From Scenedesmus sp. PABB004 (taxonomy: Eukaryota), in NCBI GenBank assembly GCA_014905635.1, contig JABVCE010000010.1, forward strand, positions 992,001-1,056,000: DNA of 64,000 bases. Reading direction: 5' to 3'. A program made the translations under genes and the position numbers. Positions within the stretch are counted from its first letter, which is position 1; every line of letters starts with the position of its first letter. This document shows positions 43,922 through 56,655 of this stretch, piece after piece. The notes beneath the pieces were generated by a model, which was given only the letters and a program-made list of their open reading frames with translations, ran no database searches and was not told the DNA's origin.

Positions 43922-45919
43922 CTGCCCGGCTCCAGCAGCTCCGGCTTCATGCTCAGCGTGATCTTCTTGGCCTCGCGGTCAACCGACAGCACGCGCACGC
44001 GCACGACCTGGCCCGGCGTGAACGCGGACGCCATGTCCTTGGCCGCCGACAGCGGCAGCTGGCTCACGTGCGCGAGGCCGCTCAGGCGCGAGTGGGCGAG
44101 CTCCACAAAGACGCCGTACCGCTCGAGCTTGCGGACCTGCCAGGGCGGAGCAACGGGTCGTCGCACGTGCGCGGGGGGCGGCCGGGCGCAGGGCTCAGCG
44201 CGCGGCGCGGCCCAGCGCGCCGCGGCGGCGCCGCGCGGCGCGCGCCAGCAAGGGCCCGCCGCGCCAGCGAGCGCCCTCGCGCCGCGCACCTTGCCGCTGG
44301 TGAGCTCGCCCTCGCGCACGTCGTCGAGCGTGCGCAGCTGCCCCGGCGCCTCGCGCGCGCGCAGGCTCAGCTCCACGCGCAGCCCGTCGTCGCCGTCGGC
44401 GCCCGCGCCCGCACCGGCGCCCGGCGGCTTGGTGTGCTCCACGCCGACCACGCGCGCCTCGAGCTTGGAGCCGACGGGAAACGCCGCGGCCGGGTCCTCC
44501 ACGTAGCCGTCGCTCAGCGCGCGCAGCTTGATGCGCCCCGCGTGGCAGCGGTCGAGCGCCAGGAACAGCCCGCTGCTGCTCACGCTGCGCACGTAGCCGG
44601 CGACCTGCGGCGGCGCCACACGCGCGGCGCGGCGGCGGCGGCGGCGGCGGCGTGGTCGGGGGCGGGGCAGCGCGCGGCAGACGGCCCTGCGCGCGCGCGC
44701 ACAGGGGGGGGGGGCAGCGGCGCGGCGCACCTTGTCGCCGGGCTTGAGCTTCGCCGCGTCGAGCAGCGGCGCGCCGGCGCCGCCCTTGTCGCCGCGCGGC
44801 GCGGCTGCGCCGGGCGCGCCCCAGCCGCCCGCGACGCCCGCGACGGCGCCGCCGTCGCACGGCCGCAGCGACAGCGCGACGCGGCCCTTGGCGTCCAGCG
44901 CCGCCGCGCCGCCGCCGCCGCGCGCGCGCGGGCGGCGCGAGCACGCGCGCGCGCACGTACGCGCCCGCCGCGAGCCCCGCGAGCGCGTCGGCGACCCAGC
45001 CGTCGTGCAGGTCGGTGAGCGCGGCGACGCCCTGCAGGCGCGGGCCGAGCTGCACGACCACGCCCGCGCCCGACACCGACGCGACGCGCCCCGGCACGAG
45101 CGCGCCGGCCTCGGGCGGCGCGTCGGCACCCGCGGGCTCGGCGCCGGCGCCGGCGCCGGCGCCGCGCAGCCGGTCGGCGCGCATGCTCAGGTCGAGGGTG
45201 TGGTGCTTGGTGTCGAGGCCCAGCACGACCGCGGCCACCGCCTGGCCCGGGGCGAAGCGCTGCTCAAAGCCGAGCGCGAGCGCCTCGGGCGTGTCGCCCG
45301 ACTCGAGCACGTGCACGCGGCCGCGCAGCTCGGGCGCGAGGGAGAGCCACAGCGCGTCGCGCTCCATGCCCGACACCCAGCCGACGACGCGCGCCCCGGC
45401 GCCAGGTCGGCGGCGCTCAGCACGGGCGGCGCGCGCGCCCTGCCCCCCGCGGCGTCGCCCGCGGCGCCGGCCTTCTTGGCCGCGGCGAGCGCCGAGGGGC
45501 GCAGCGAGAGCTGCGCCTCCTTCCCGCGCTTGTGCCCGAGGCCCTTCACGTGCCCCAGCCACGCGCAGGTGAGCACCTGCTGCGGCCGGAACGCCGAGAG
45601 CGGGCTCGGGCCGCGCGGCGGCTCCGACAGGCGCTCCTGCACCTCGGAGACGTGCAGGTGCGCGACGTTGCCCGTCTTGCCGAGCTCCAGCTCCAGCTCC
45701 AGGTCGCCCACCGCGACGACCGTCGCGGTGACGAGGCCGCTGGGCGCCTTGGCCGCGCCGGCCTTGGCGCCCTTGGCGCCCCTGGCCGCCGGCAGCAGCG
45801 GCTGCGCGAGCTGCGCGCGCGGGCGCCCCCACGGGGCAGCGGCGGGCGGGGCGAGTCGGCGGCGGCGCAGACGCGCGGCGCAGCGCGCGCGAGCTGCCGC
45901 CAGCGGCGGCGCCACGCCG

Positions 45920-45960
<41 letters not shown>

Positions 45961-48900
45961 CACGCCGCCCCCGGCTGCGCACCTCGAGCAGCAGGCGGTG
46001 CCCGTTGGACTCGGCCGGCAGCGCCGCCACGCGCACCGTGACAACCTGCCCGCGCGCGAGCTTGCGCGCCTCGCGCGCCAGCGGGCCCTGGCTGTTCATG
46101 TCCCCGCGCGCCAGGAAGCCAATCGCCACGTGCTGCTGCTGCTGCTGCGCCGCCTCGCCGCCTGCGACCGCGGGCTCCGCCTCGCCGCCGCCGCCCGCCG
46201 CCGCGGCGGCGCCGCGCTTCTTGCCACGCTTGGCCTTGGCCGGCGCCGCGCCGGCGTCGCCGCCGGCGTCGGCGTCGCCGCCGGCGCCCGGCGGCGGCTG
46301 CGGGCGCAGCACCGACATGACCAGGTGGTGGTCCTTGATGAGCTGCACCGCCGCCTGCACCTCGCTGCCCACGCCCAGGCCGAGCGCCTGCAGCGCGGCG
46401 CCGCGCGTCGGCGTCGGCGTCGGCGCGCCCGGCGGCGCGCCCTCGGCGCCCGCCGCGCCGCCGCCCTTGGCCTTGCACTTGCCGGCCTTGGCGGCCGCGG
46501 GCGCGGCGGCCTGGCCGATGGCGACCAGCTCCGGCAGCAGCGAGAGCTCCACGATCCCGCCCGCCTTGCTCACATCCAGCACGAGCGGCGAGTGCCGCGC
46601 GGGCGCTGCGCGGCGGCGGCGGAAGCGGGCGCCGCGCGCGCGTGAGCACGCACGGCGCTCCGCCTAGCACCGTGCGCGCGCCGCGCGCCCCGCACGGGCC
46701 GCGGCCGAGTGAGCCGTGTGAGCCCCGCAGGCGCCCACCTGGGTCCACGTCGCCCCGGAAGTGCTCACGCACGACGAGGCCCACCAGGTCCGCGCTGCCC
46801 TCCAGGTCCATGACCGCGCCATAGTCCTGCGCGCGCGGCCAGAGGGACCAGGGTTTGGGCTAAAGAGGTCTCAAGTGTGAGCTCACGCGGCGGCGGCGGC
46901 GGCACTCGGAGGGGGGCCCCGCTGCTGTGTGCCGCGACACGCCCCACGCTGCGCCCCGTGCGCCCAGCCCCCGCCCGCCCCACGCCCCAGGCGCGCACGC
47001 ACCCGGATCTCCGCCAGCGTCGCGCCGACGCACGTGCCCGGCGCGCAGCCCGCCCAGTCGGTCGGCGACGGCGGCTCGTCGCCCGCGTCGGCGGCCGCCG
47101 CCTCCTCGGCCGCGCGCGTGAGCTCGTGCGCGAGCTCGAAGTCCCTGCGAGCGGCCGCCGCGGCGGCGGGCGCGGGCGGCGGGCGCGTCCGCACCACCAA
47201 CCCGCCAGGCAGGCCCCCGCGCCGCGCAAGCCGGGCCTGCCCCGCGCTGCAGTCCTGCACACTCACTGCATCAGCGCCTCCAGGAAGGCCCGCTCGTGCC
47301 CGCCCGCGACGCTGGGCTTGAGGCTCAGCGCCACCCGCGCGACGCTCGCGCCCGCGCCGCTCGCGCCCTTGGCGCCGGCGCCGCCGGTGCCGCCGGGCGC
47401 CTCGAGCGCGACGACCGCGGCCGCGACGCTCTGGCCCACGCTGAAGTGGCGCTTGGGGTCCTGCACAAACGTGTCGGCGAGCGCGGGCAGGCCGGCGCGG
47501 CCGGTGCAGCGGCCCAGGAACCGCACAAACGCTGCGCAGCGCACGGCGGGGCGGCGCGGGGCGCAGTTGCGTCAGCGCCGGCGACGTGAGGGGGTGCGGT
47601 GGGCAGGCCGTGCGGCGCGGGCGCAGGCGCAGGCCCAAGCACGGCCGCGCGCGCGCACCGGCGTCGTTGGTGATGCTGGCGACATAGCCGGGCAGCACCG
47701 CGCCAGGCGACACCTCGGCCGCGCTGGACGGCAGGCTTGCCGCGGCCGCGACCATGCTCTGCTTGCGCGTCAGCAGCAGGAAGGGCTCGCCCTTGGCGCG
47801 GCCGTCGGCATCGTCCTCGCCCGCGGCGCCGGTGCTGCCCGCCGGCCGCGCGCCCGGCGTGCCGGGCTGCCAGCGGTCGCCGCCGGGCCCGTCGGGCGGC
47901 GCGCGGCGCAGCTGCAGCACCAGCAGCGGCCCCGGCAGCGCCAGCCCCGGCTTGAGCGCGGCCAGGATGGCCTCGGCGCCGCCAGGGTGGTCCGAGAGGT
48001 GCGCCGCCGGCAGCTGCGCGGCGACGGTCTGCCCGCCGGCGCCTGCGCCGCCGAGGGCCGCGCGTGCACGGGCGGGGCGGGCGGGCGTGGGCGGGTGCGC
48101 CAGCGGCGGGCGCGGCGCGACGCGGCGCGGCGTCACCCCGCCCCGGCGCGCGCACGCGCCGGCCCACCAGTGATGGCGAGCTCGACCAGGCCGCCGCCCT
48201 CCTCGGCGCTGCGCAGCAGCACCTGGGTGACCACGCCGCCGCCCTGCAGCACCGCGCCGACGCTCAGCCCGCCCCAGGGCGTGGTCGCGGGCGGCTGCGC
48301 GGGCGCGTCCTCCGCCGCGCGCTTGACCGCCGGCGCCAGCACCAGGCCCTTGCCCTTGCGCAGGTCGATGCTGCTGACCTGTGACCGCGCAGGCGGACGT
48401 GTGACCGCGCAGGCGGACGGCGTGGCGTCGTCGTCGTGGGCAGCCGCGGCGCGCAGCGCCAGGCGCGCAGCGCGCGCAGCGCCAGCGCCACGCCGCATCC
48501 GCCGCCGCGGTCGCGGCCGCCGCGGCGCGCGCGCGCGCACCTGCACGCGCAGTAGCTGCCCCGGCGCGTACGCGTCGGCCGGCTCCTGCCCCGGCAGCAG
48601 CGACAGCGCCGCGCGCGGCAGCAGGCCGGTGACGCCGCCGTAGAAGCCGAGGTACACCCCAAACGGCGCGACGCCGGTCACGACACCGTGCAGCTTCTGG
48701 CCCGGCTCCGCCTGGCGCAGCTCCGCCACGACCGGGAGCTTGCTGCCGACGAGGCCCTTTTTGAGGGTGAGGGTCACGCGCCGCGCGCGCGCGTCGACCG
48801 ACAGCACGCGCGCGGTCAGCGCCTTGCCGGGCTTGAGCTTGCTCGGCAGCTTGCCGCCGTGCGCGGGCGGGCCCGCGTCGGCCATGTGCAGGCGCGGGAC

Positions 48901-51900
48901 GAGGCCCTTGAGCGTCGGCGTGATGCTCACGATCAGCCCCGCCGGCGTGTCGTCGAGGCTGGTGACCTGCAGCACCTGGCCCGGGTACAAGTCCTTCACG
49001 CTGTACACCTGCGCGCATGGGCAGGGTCGAAGGAGGTCAACGGCGGGTGCAGGGTCAAACCCCGGGCGCCGCGCGCGCGCAGGCGCGGCCCGCAGCACAG
49101 CGCCGCGCGCGTCGCCCCGCGCACCTGCTGCGCGAGCACGCTCTCGCGCAGGCTGCACGCCGCGACGCCGTCGATGAGCCGAAAGCCGATGACGCGCGCC
49201 GACACGGTGCCGCCGACCTTGAACCTCTTCGCCACCTCCGCCGCGGTCATGCCCTGCCCGCCGCCGCCGCCGGCGGGGCCGTCCGCGAGGTTTGACACGT
49301 GCGCGAAGCCCGCGCCCGGCTCGGGCTGCATCGGCAGGCGCAGCGCGAGGCCGAGGCCGGGCGTGACGCGCGCGACGGTGGCATCGGTGAAGATCTGGCC
49401 CATCTGGGGCACCGCCGCGGGCAGGCGCGCGTTGAGCAGGTGGGGCAGCGTGGAGAGGCCGATGCGCTTCGACGCGACGTCCACGTAGATGAGCCGCGCC
49501 TGCAGCTTGGTCCCGGCCGCGTAGCTGCGCGCGCCGCCGGCGGCGGGCGCGGCGGCGGGTGCGGCGCGGTGAGCCCACACGCGCGCGCGGCGCCCGCCAG
49601 CCCATCGCGCGTGGTGCACGCCGCAGCGACCGCGCCGCCGCACCGCTTGGCCCAGCCCTCCTCTGGGATGGGGCTCGCGAGGTGCGTCGCGTCGATGGCG
49701 CCGTGGAAGAAGCTGTTGAAGCTCACCAGCACGCCGTCGCTCACGACCTGGCGGACCTTGCAGGACAGCAGCGCGCCCGGGAGCAGGCCGGCCATGGTCA
49801 GCCCGTCCCACGGCTGCAGCAGGCCGCCCGCGACGGCGTCGAGCGCGACCGACACCTGCGCGCGGCGGCGCGCGTGTTGACGCGCGTGGCGCCGCGCCGC
49901 GCCGCGGCCGGCGCGCGGCGCGCCGGCCCCGCACGCGTGGCGGCGGCCACGCCGCGCCGCGCCGCGCCACGCCGCACCTGCGCGACCGCGCCCGCCGCGC
50001 CGTCGCCCGCGGGCGGGCGCGTGACGACGCAGTCGACCAGCGCGCCCGGCAGCAGCGGCGCGCCGACGCCGTAGTAGGTCGCATAGTCTTTGGCCGGCAG
50101 GAAGCCGGTCACGCCCTGCAGCACCCGGCGCGCGGGCGCGGGCCGGGGCGGCGGCGCCGCAGGCTCAGCGCCCGGCGCCCTGTACCACAGACGCGCCGCG
50201 CCGCGCCGCGCCGCCCGGCCCAGCGCCGTCGGGTCCCAACCCGGCGCGCGCGCCCCGACCCGCCCGACCCAGCGTGCGGTGCTGCACCTTGATGCCTAGG
50301 CTCAGCCGGTAGCCCCGGTCCTCAACGCCCTTGACCACGGCCGGCAGCACCTGGCCCGGCAGCAGCGCCTCCGGCCCGAGCGCAGCGCCGCCGCCGCGCG
50401 CGCCGCCCGAGGAGAGCAGCGGCTTGAGGCGTAGGCTGAGGGCGATGCGCTTGGGCGCCTTGCGGCCGCCGCCTGCGCACGGGCGGCGCGCGCGCGCGTG
50501 AGCGCCGCGCACGGGCGCCGCGGTGGCCCCCGGGCGTGACCGCGCGCGAGCCCCCGCGCTGCAGGGTGGCGCTGCGGTGCGGGCGCGCACCCGCGCCCGC
50601 CGAGTCGGCGCCGCCCGCGTCCGCCTGGGTGAGGCCGGCGACCGTGCAGCGCACGTACTGCCCCACAGCAAAGAGCTGCGGCAGGCTCGGCGGCGGCGTG
50701 CCGGGCGGGCCCAGCGCCGCGCGCAGCGCTGCGCCGCGCTTGCTGGTGGAGTCGAGCAGCTGCGCCATGACGTCCGAGGTCTGCGGCGGAGAGAGGCGGC
50801 CGCGGGCGTGGGTCGCCGCGCGACGCGCGGGCGTGGGCCGCCGCGTGGCCCGCGCCAGCGAGCGCCAGCCCGGCGGCGGGACGCCCGCCGCCGCACCTCC
50901 TCTGGCGACACCGTGCCGCGCAGGCCGTGCGGCAGCGAGACCACGAGGCCCTCGGGCGCCACCTCGAGGACGCAGCCCCACAGCTTCATGCCCACTGCCA
51001 GGGTCTGGTGCGGGCGGCGGCGCCGCGGCGGCGGCGGCGGCGGCGGCGCGTGAGCCGCGCGCCAGCGGGGCGACGTGCACGCGGCGAGGCGCGGAGCAGG
51101 GCCGGGAGAGGGAGGTGGAGGGGAGAGGGGAGATGGAGGCATGTGCTGCTGATCAGTAGCCCGGGGCCCTCACGGCGGGTGAGGGGCGAGCGTGCCAGAT
51201 ACGGCAGGCTGCTCTGGCAAAGTATCCCAATGCTCGCCGCCGAGGGGTGCGCGGCGGCGAGCTACGAAGCCTTGCCGTGCGCGCGGCGTCCGCCGCGTGC
51301 GCGCGCGCCGCGCTGCCGGCCGCCAGCCGCCGCCGCCGCCGACGCGTGCTGGTGCGGGGCGCGCTCCGGCCGCCCGCCGGGGCCGTGCGGCGCACCTTGT
51401 ACTTGAGCTGCTCCACGTGCTGCACCTTGCCGTGCGCCGCGGCCTTGGCGAAGAACGACCCCTCCGCGTCGTCCTGCAAGGCGGCCAGCGGCGGCGCGGC
51501 ACGGCGCGCGCGGCGGCTGCGCGTCAGGCGGGCGGCGCCCGCGCGGTGGCGCGAGGTCGCTGACGGCGGCGCTGCCATCCGGCGCAGCGTCGGGCGCGCT
51601 GGCGTGCGCGCGCCGCGCGGCCGACGGCGGCGGCGGCAGCAGCGCAGCCGGCGGCCGCCGGCCGGCGCGGCGCGCGCGCGCACGCCGCTGGCCTGCGGCG
51701 CGGGCCGCACCGCGTCGGCACCATGCTTGGCCCGCTTCTTGGCCTGCTTGCCGCCCGCGCCGGCGGCCTGCTCCGCCGCAAAGTCGGCCTCGGCCTGCTT
51801 CGCGAGTGCGCGCTTCTCCAGCGGCGTCAGGTCGCTGCGCCCGCCGCGTGGAAAGTCGGGCTCATCGCCCTCGTCGTCGCGCGCAGGCTCCGCCGGCCGC

Positions 51901-51908
51901 TTGCCCAT
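41667..51908 (-). CDS. RRP5: rRNA biogenesis protein RRP5 (S1 repeats and C-terminal HAT/TPR repeats)
   Basis: N-terminal DFPRGG...LTPLE and multiple S1 domains ([74 protein letters not shown]). C-terminus has [55 protein letters not shown] and LFRRWLEYE. Confidence 0.96.
43669..43795 (-). repeat. 21-bp coding tandem repeat (GG[SG][SG]SDE)x~6 in the RRP5 acidic linker
   Basis: Repeated ccgccctcgtcgctg... units translating [34 protein letters not shown]. Confidence 0.9.
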
Positions 51909-52123
51909 CGCGGCGTGCTGCTGGCGGCACTTCACTCCATCGACCCCCGAACGCGTGCCCGCTGGCCGGCTGGGGCGTCGCGTCGGGCGCGGCAGTGGGT
52001 GAGGATGCGTCCCGGCCGCGCTGCGCGTGCGCCGGCGCGCGGCGGTTGATCGGCGGCGGGCCGTCGCGCGCCCGCGCGGCTGCCGCCGCTCGCGTGTGCT
52101 CGTGCGTCGCGTGCTCGACTTTT

Positions 52124-52128
52124 TTACA
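52124..52128 (-). promoter_or_regulatory. Putative TGTAA polyadenylation signal of the 53614-52255 gene
   Basis: TGTAAAAAA on the minus strand ~130 nt after the stop codon. Confidence 0.45.
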
Positions 52129-52254
52129 GGTCAGGCCCCTCGGCACAGGTCGAGGGGAGAACAATCAATCACAACCGCAACCCAAGCGCTGCGCTGCTGC
52201 TGATCTACACCCTGGTCAGCGCCCGCCGCCGCCGCCGGCGGCCCAGCCGCCGCC

Positions 52255-53614
52255 TCACGCCCGCCCCGGCAGCGGCTGATACGCGGGGTTGACAAACGTC
52301 ACCCGCCGCGCGCCCGCGACGGCGGCGCCGCCGCCGCCCTCCAGCAGCGGCGCGCGCAGCTGCGCCGCCTCGCCGCCCGCGCCGTCGCCGCCCGCCGCCG
52401 CGATCGCGGCGCGGAGCTGCAGCAGGCTGCGCAGGAACGCGACGCACATCGCGGCCGTCGCGCCGACGAGCAGCGAGAGCAGCGCGAGGTCGAGGTCGCC
52501 GCCGGCCGGCGCGGGCGCGCCGCGCGCCGGCGCCGCCGCCGGCGCCACCGCCTCCCACTCGTAGTCGCCGTCGCGCGCGTCGTACGCCGCGTCCAGCTCC
52601 GCCGCCGCGGCCGCGAGCGCCTCCTCGGGCAGGTCGGAGAGCTCGGCCGCGTAGCCATACTCCGCGCCCTCCTCCGCGGCCTCCGCCGCCTCGGCGGCCG
52701 CGCGCGCCGCGTCCGCCTCGCGCGCCAGGCGCGCGGGCAGGTCGTCGAGCAGGCCCTCCGCCTCGAGCGACGCCAGCGCCGCGTCGGCCGCCCGCTCGCG
52801 CGCGTCGGCCGCGGCCTCGGCGCGCTGCTCCGCGGCCGCCGCGGCGGCGGCCGCCGCCATCGCCGCCGCGTGGCGCGGGCACGGCGCGCGGCGCGGGCGC
52901 GGCGCGGCCGCGGGGCCCGCGGGCAAGGTGTCGGTCGGGAAAGGGCCGCCGATCTCCAGCACGCCCCCGCGCGCCGCGCCGCCCGCGAGCGCCGCGCCGG
53001 CGGTGACGTAGCGCGCCATGAGCCGGCTCGCGAGGCGCTGCTGCTGCGCGTCCCACGCGTCGAGCAGGTCCTGCAGCGGCGCGAGCGGTCCGCCGCCGAG
53101 CACGCGCGCGAGGCTGAACGGCGCCGCCGCGCCGCCGGGCTCGCCGGGCTCGCCGCCGCTGGTGGCGACGGCCGTGAACTCGAGCGCGCCGGGGCCGGTC
53201 GTGCGCGTCCACGTGAGCGCGCCGCCGCCGGGGAGCGCCTCGCTGCCGTGCTCGACCACCGTCGCGCCGCCGCTGCTGCTGCTGCCAGGCTGCTGCGGCT
53301 CGGACGACCCAGGGGGCGCGTCGGCGAGGAAGTAGTCGCCGAACGCGGCGTGTGCGTGTGCCAGCTCCGCTGGGCCCGCCCCGGCCGGCGGCGCCGCGTC
53401 GGCGCCCCGATGCAGGAGAGGCACCAGGAGCAGCTCCTGTCGGCGACGGCGGGCGGGCGAGCGGATCAGACGCCGCGCCGCGCCGGGCGGGCCGCATGGG
53501 CGCGCCCGCGCCCCACCGCGCCCCACCGCGCCCGCAGCCCACCTGGCGCTGCCTCCCCGCCGCAACGGCGCTCATGGCTGCCAGCAGGAGCGCCGCCACA
53601 GCCATGCGCGCCAT
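52255..53614 (-). CDS. Putative single-pass (type I) membrane protein of unknown function, 2 exons
   Basis: Signal-peptide-like MARMAVAALLLAAMSAVAAG, intron at ~53542-53438, Ala/Glu helical region, and hydrophobic LALLSLLVGATAAMCVAFL near the C-terminus. Confidence 0.6.
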
Positions 53615-53872
53615 CTTTGGTGCTGTTCCACGTCCGCCTGGGCTCGCGGCAAGCACGAGTACTGGCGCCCGGGCTGCCGGGGAGCGTCGGGACAATTATT
53701 TCTGCGACCGGGACGCGCGCGGGCGCCAGGCGCGAGCGGCGGCCAACTGTCGTCGAGGGCGCAGCGGCGCAGCGGCGCAGCGGCGGGGCTTTTGGCGAGC
53801 TGCGTCTCGCTCGGGCGCCAGTGCCGCCCCAGCTCGCCTCGCCGCGACGCGCCGGCCTTCGCCCCGGTCGCC

Positions 53873-56655
53873 TCACTCGAGCCCGTTGTCCGGCAGCGCC
53901 TCGGCCATCTCGGGCGCCGCGCCCGCGCGCGCGGCGACGTAGGCCTGCATGCTCTCGGGCGCGTAGAACTTGGCCTGCGCGCGGCGCGGCGGCGGGGCGT
54001 GTTCGGCGGCGGCGGGGCGCGCTGCGCGGCGCTGCGCGTGCTGTGGCGCCCGCAGCACAGCGCGCGCGCGAGCGCGGGGCCGGCCGCCGCGCCGCGCCTG
54101 CAGGAACATGCGCTCCGCGTCGCCCTGGCGGCCGCGCTCCTTGAGGAAGACACCCTTGGCCAGGTAGCCGCTGCGCGGCGGGAGCGGGGCGGGGCGGGGA
54201 GGGAAGGGGGAGGGGCGGCAGAGGCAGGGCGGCGTGAGCGCCGCCGTCGTCGGCCCCCGCGGGGGCTGAGCGCCCAGGGCCCCGGCGGCCTGGCTCGTCG
54301 CCGCGCCGTCGCACCGGAAGTCCTCCGGGAAGGCCCCGACCAGCGTGTCGTACGCCGCGAGCGCGTCCTGGTCGTGCCCCCGCCACGCGGCGTACGCCTT
54401 GCCTGCAGCGGGCCGCGGCGCGCGTCACGACCGCGTGACCGCATGAGCCAGCGGCGCATTCGTGCGCGCGGCGGGGGCAGCGAGGCGCGCTCACCGAGCA
54501 GCAGCTGCACGCCCACGGGGTCGACGCTCACGCCGCCACCGCTGCTGCTCGCCTCGCTGCCGCCGCTGCTGCTCGCGGCGGCGTCGCCGCCGCCCGCGGC
54601 AGCGTCTGCTGCCGCTGGCGCCGCGGGCGCCGCCGCCGCGGCCGCGAGGATGCGGTCGCGCAGCCCCGTGAGGTACTTGACTGCCGTCGCCTGCTGGCTG
54701 TTGGCGACGTACGAGTCCACCAGGCCCTGCGGCGCGCGCGGCGGGCGGGGTTGGGGCCGCGCGGCCGGGCCGTCCGCGCGGGGGAGGCAGACGGCGCGCG
54801 CCGCGCTGCGGCGGCAGCTGCAGCGGCGCCGCGCTGCGGCGGCGGCGCACCGTGATGATCTGCTGGTCGTCCGGGCGCAGCGCGATCGCGCGCTCGTACG
54901 CGGCGACCGCCTTGGCCGCGTCGGCCGACAGCAGCCGCGTCTCGCCGAGCAGGCGCCACGCCTCGACGTCGTCCGGCCGCGCGTCGGTCTGCGGCGAGCG
55001 CGGTCGCGCGCGGGCGTGGGCACGCTGGCGTCGGCCCCTGCTGGGCGCGCCCCTGCTGGGCCACGCGCCTGACCCCGCGGCCCGGCCCGGCCCGGCCCTC
55101 CCCTCCGCACCAGCTGGCCGAGCAGCTCGCCCGCGCGGTCAAAGTCCTGCATGCGCGCGTACGTCACCGCCGCGCCCTCGAGCGCCTGCGGCGGCGGCAG
55201 GCGGCGCGGGCGGGCGGGCGTCGCATCGCGCGTGCGCGCGCGGCGGCGCAGCGCGCCCGGCGCGGCGCGCCCGCCGCAGGCGCCCCGGGGGGCGCAGGGC
55301 GCGGAGACGCGGCGCGGCGCGCGCCTCGAGGTTGCTGGGGTCGGCGGCGACCGCCGACTCAAAGCCCTCCGCCTGGCGCGCGAGGCGCGACATCTCGATC
55401 GGGTCGGGCGGCGGCCGCGACGTGCGGACGCCCTTGTACCTGCGCGCGCGTGCGGCGCGGGCTCAGGTGTCAGCTGCGGCACCCGCGGTGTGCGCGGCGG
55501 CGGGCCGGCAGCAGGGGCGGCGCGGCCAGGCCCGCGCCGCGCGCCTGTTTGTTGTCGCAAAGTCGCCGCCCGAGACGAGCACAAAGACGAGGCCAAACAG
55601 CACCGCGCCGCCCGCGAGGCCGAGCTGGCCGGGCCCGATCTTGGCTTGCCTGCGCGGCGGGCGGCGCGGGCGCGTCCGCGCGGGCGCGGCGCGGCGCGGC
55701 GTGCGCCGTGCGGCGGCTCGCACCGCAGCGCGGGGTCGTTGATGTCTGACTGCAGCTGGTCCTGCAGCGTGTTGAGCAGGCTGGGGGGATTGGCGTAGAT
55801 GTCCTCAGCGGGGGCGGCCGGCGGGTCAAACACCGCGCCCTGCGGCGCCGCGGCGGCCGCGGCGGGCGCCGCCGACGGCACCAGCTGCGCGCGCGCGCGG
55901 CGGCGGCGGCGTCGGCGGCGGGCGAGCGTCGGCGGCGGGCGAGCACGCGGCGCGCATTCGCGAGCGGGCCGGCCGCCGGGCGCGGCTGGGTGGTGCTGCG
56001 CAGCTGCGTGCGGCGCGGGCCCCCACCCCGGCTGCCTTCTTCTGCGCGGCCTCGGCCTTGATCAACGACAGGCGCGCCGCAAACTCCGCCTCCTCCTCGG
56101 CGCGCCTGTCGTCAGGCGCGCGGGCGGGCGCGGGTCGGCCGCCCGCCAGCTGCGGCCTGCGCTGCGCGCGCCGCCCGCGCGCGGCCTGCGCTGCACCGCC
56201 CGCGCACGGGGAGCAGGCTCGGCCCACCGCGGCGCGTGCCGCACGCGCAGCGCTCACTTCTTGGCCGCCTCCAGCTCGTCATACTGCGCGAGCGCGACGT
56301 CGGCGAGCCCCGCGGGCGCGCCGGGCTGGCCCGGCCGCTGCGGCGGCTGCGGCTGCGCCGCGCCGCCGCCGCGCCGGCCGCCGCCGCGCGCCGGCTTGTC
56401 CTGCTGCTTGCGTGCGCACGGGGAGCGGCGGCGGCGGCGGCAGCGTGGGCGGCGGCGCCGCCCGGCGGCGGCGGCAGCGGCAGCAGCGCGGACCTTTGGC
56501 GGCTGCTGGCGCGCGCTGCCGAAGCCCTTGCCCTTGGCCGCCGCGACCAGCGGCACCGTCCGGCGCGACAGCAGGCCAATGCGGCCCCCCAGCGGGCCGC
56601 GGGGCGCGGCCCAGGCCGCACGGCGCCCGGGCAGCAGACCCGCTGGCGACGACAT
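53873..56655 (-). CDS. Plastid-targeted membrane-anchored TPR protein, multi-exon
   Basis: Transit peptide with AAKGKGFG, TM segment LGLAGGAVLFGLVFVLV, and TPR units (ALEGAAVTYARMQDF, DVEAWRLLGETRLL, DPVGVQLLL|GKAYAAW). C-terminus DFRGYLAKGVFLKERGRQGDAERMFLQ|AKFYAP resembles, from recall, a conserved green-lineage TPR family. Confidence 0.85.

Noticed and set aside
44915..45400. Two frame breaks in RRP5 (~44925 and ~45397)
   Set aside because: They occur in a (GC)n run and a G run within an essential gene, so they are most likely consensus errors.
45919..45959. ~40-nt poly-C run in an RRP5 intron (also poly-G at ~21326-21345)
   Set aside because: Simple homopolymers of unreliable assembled length, with no evidence of function.
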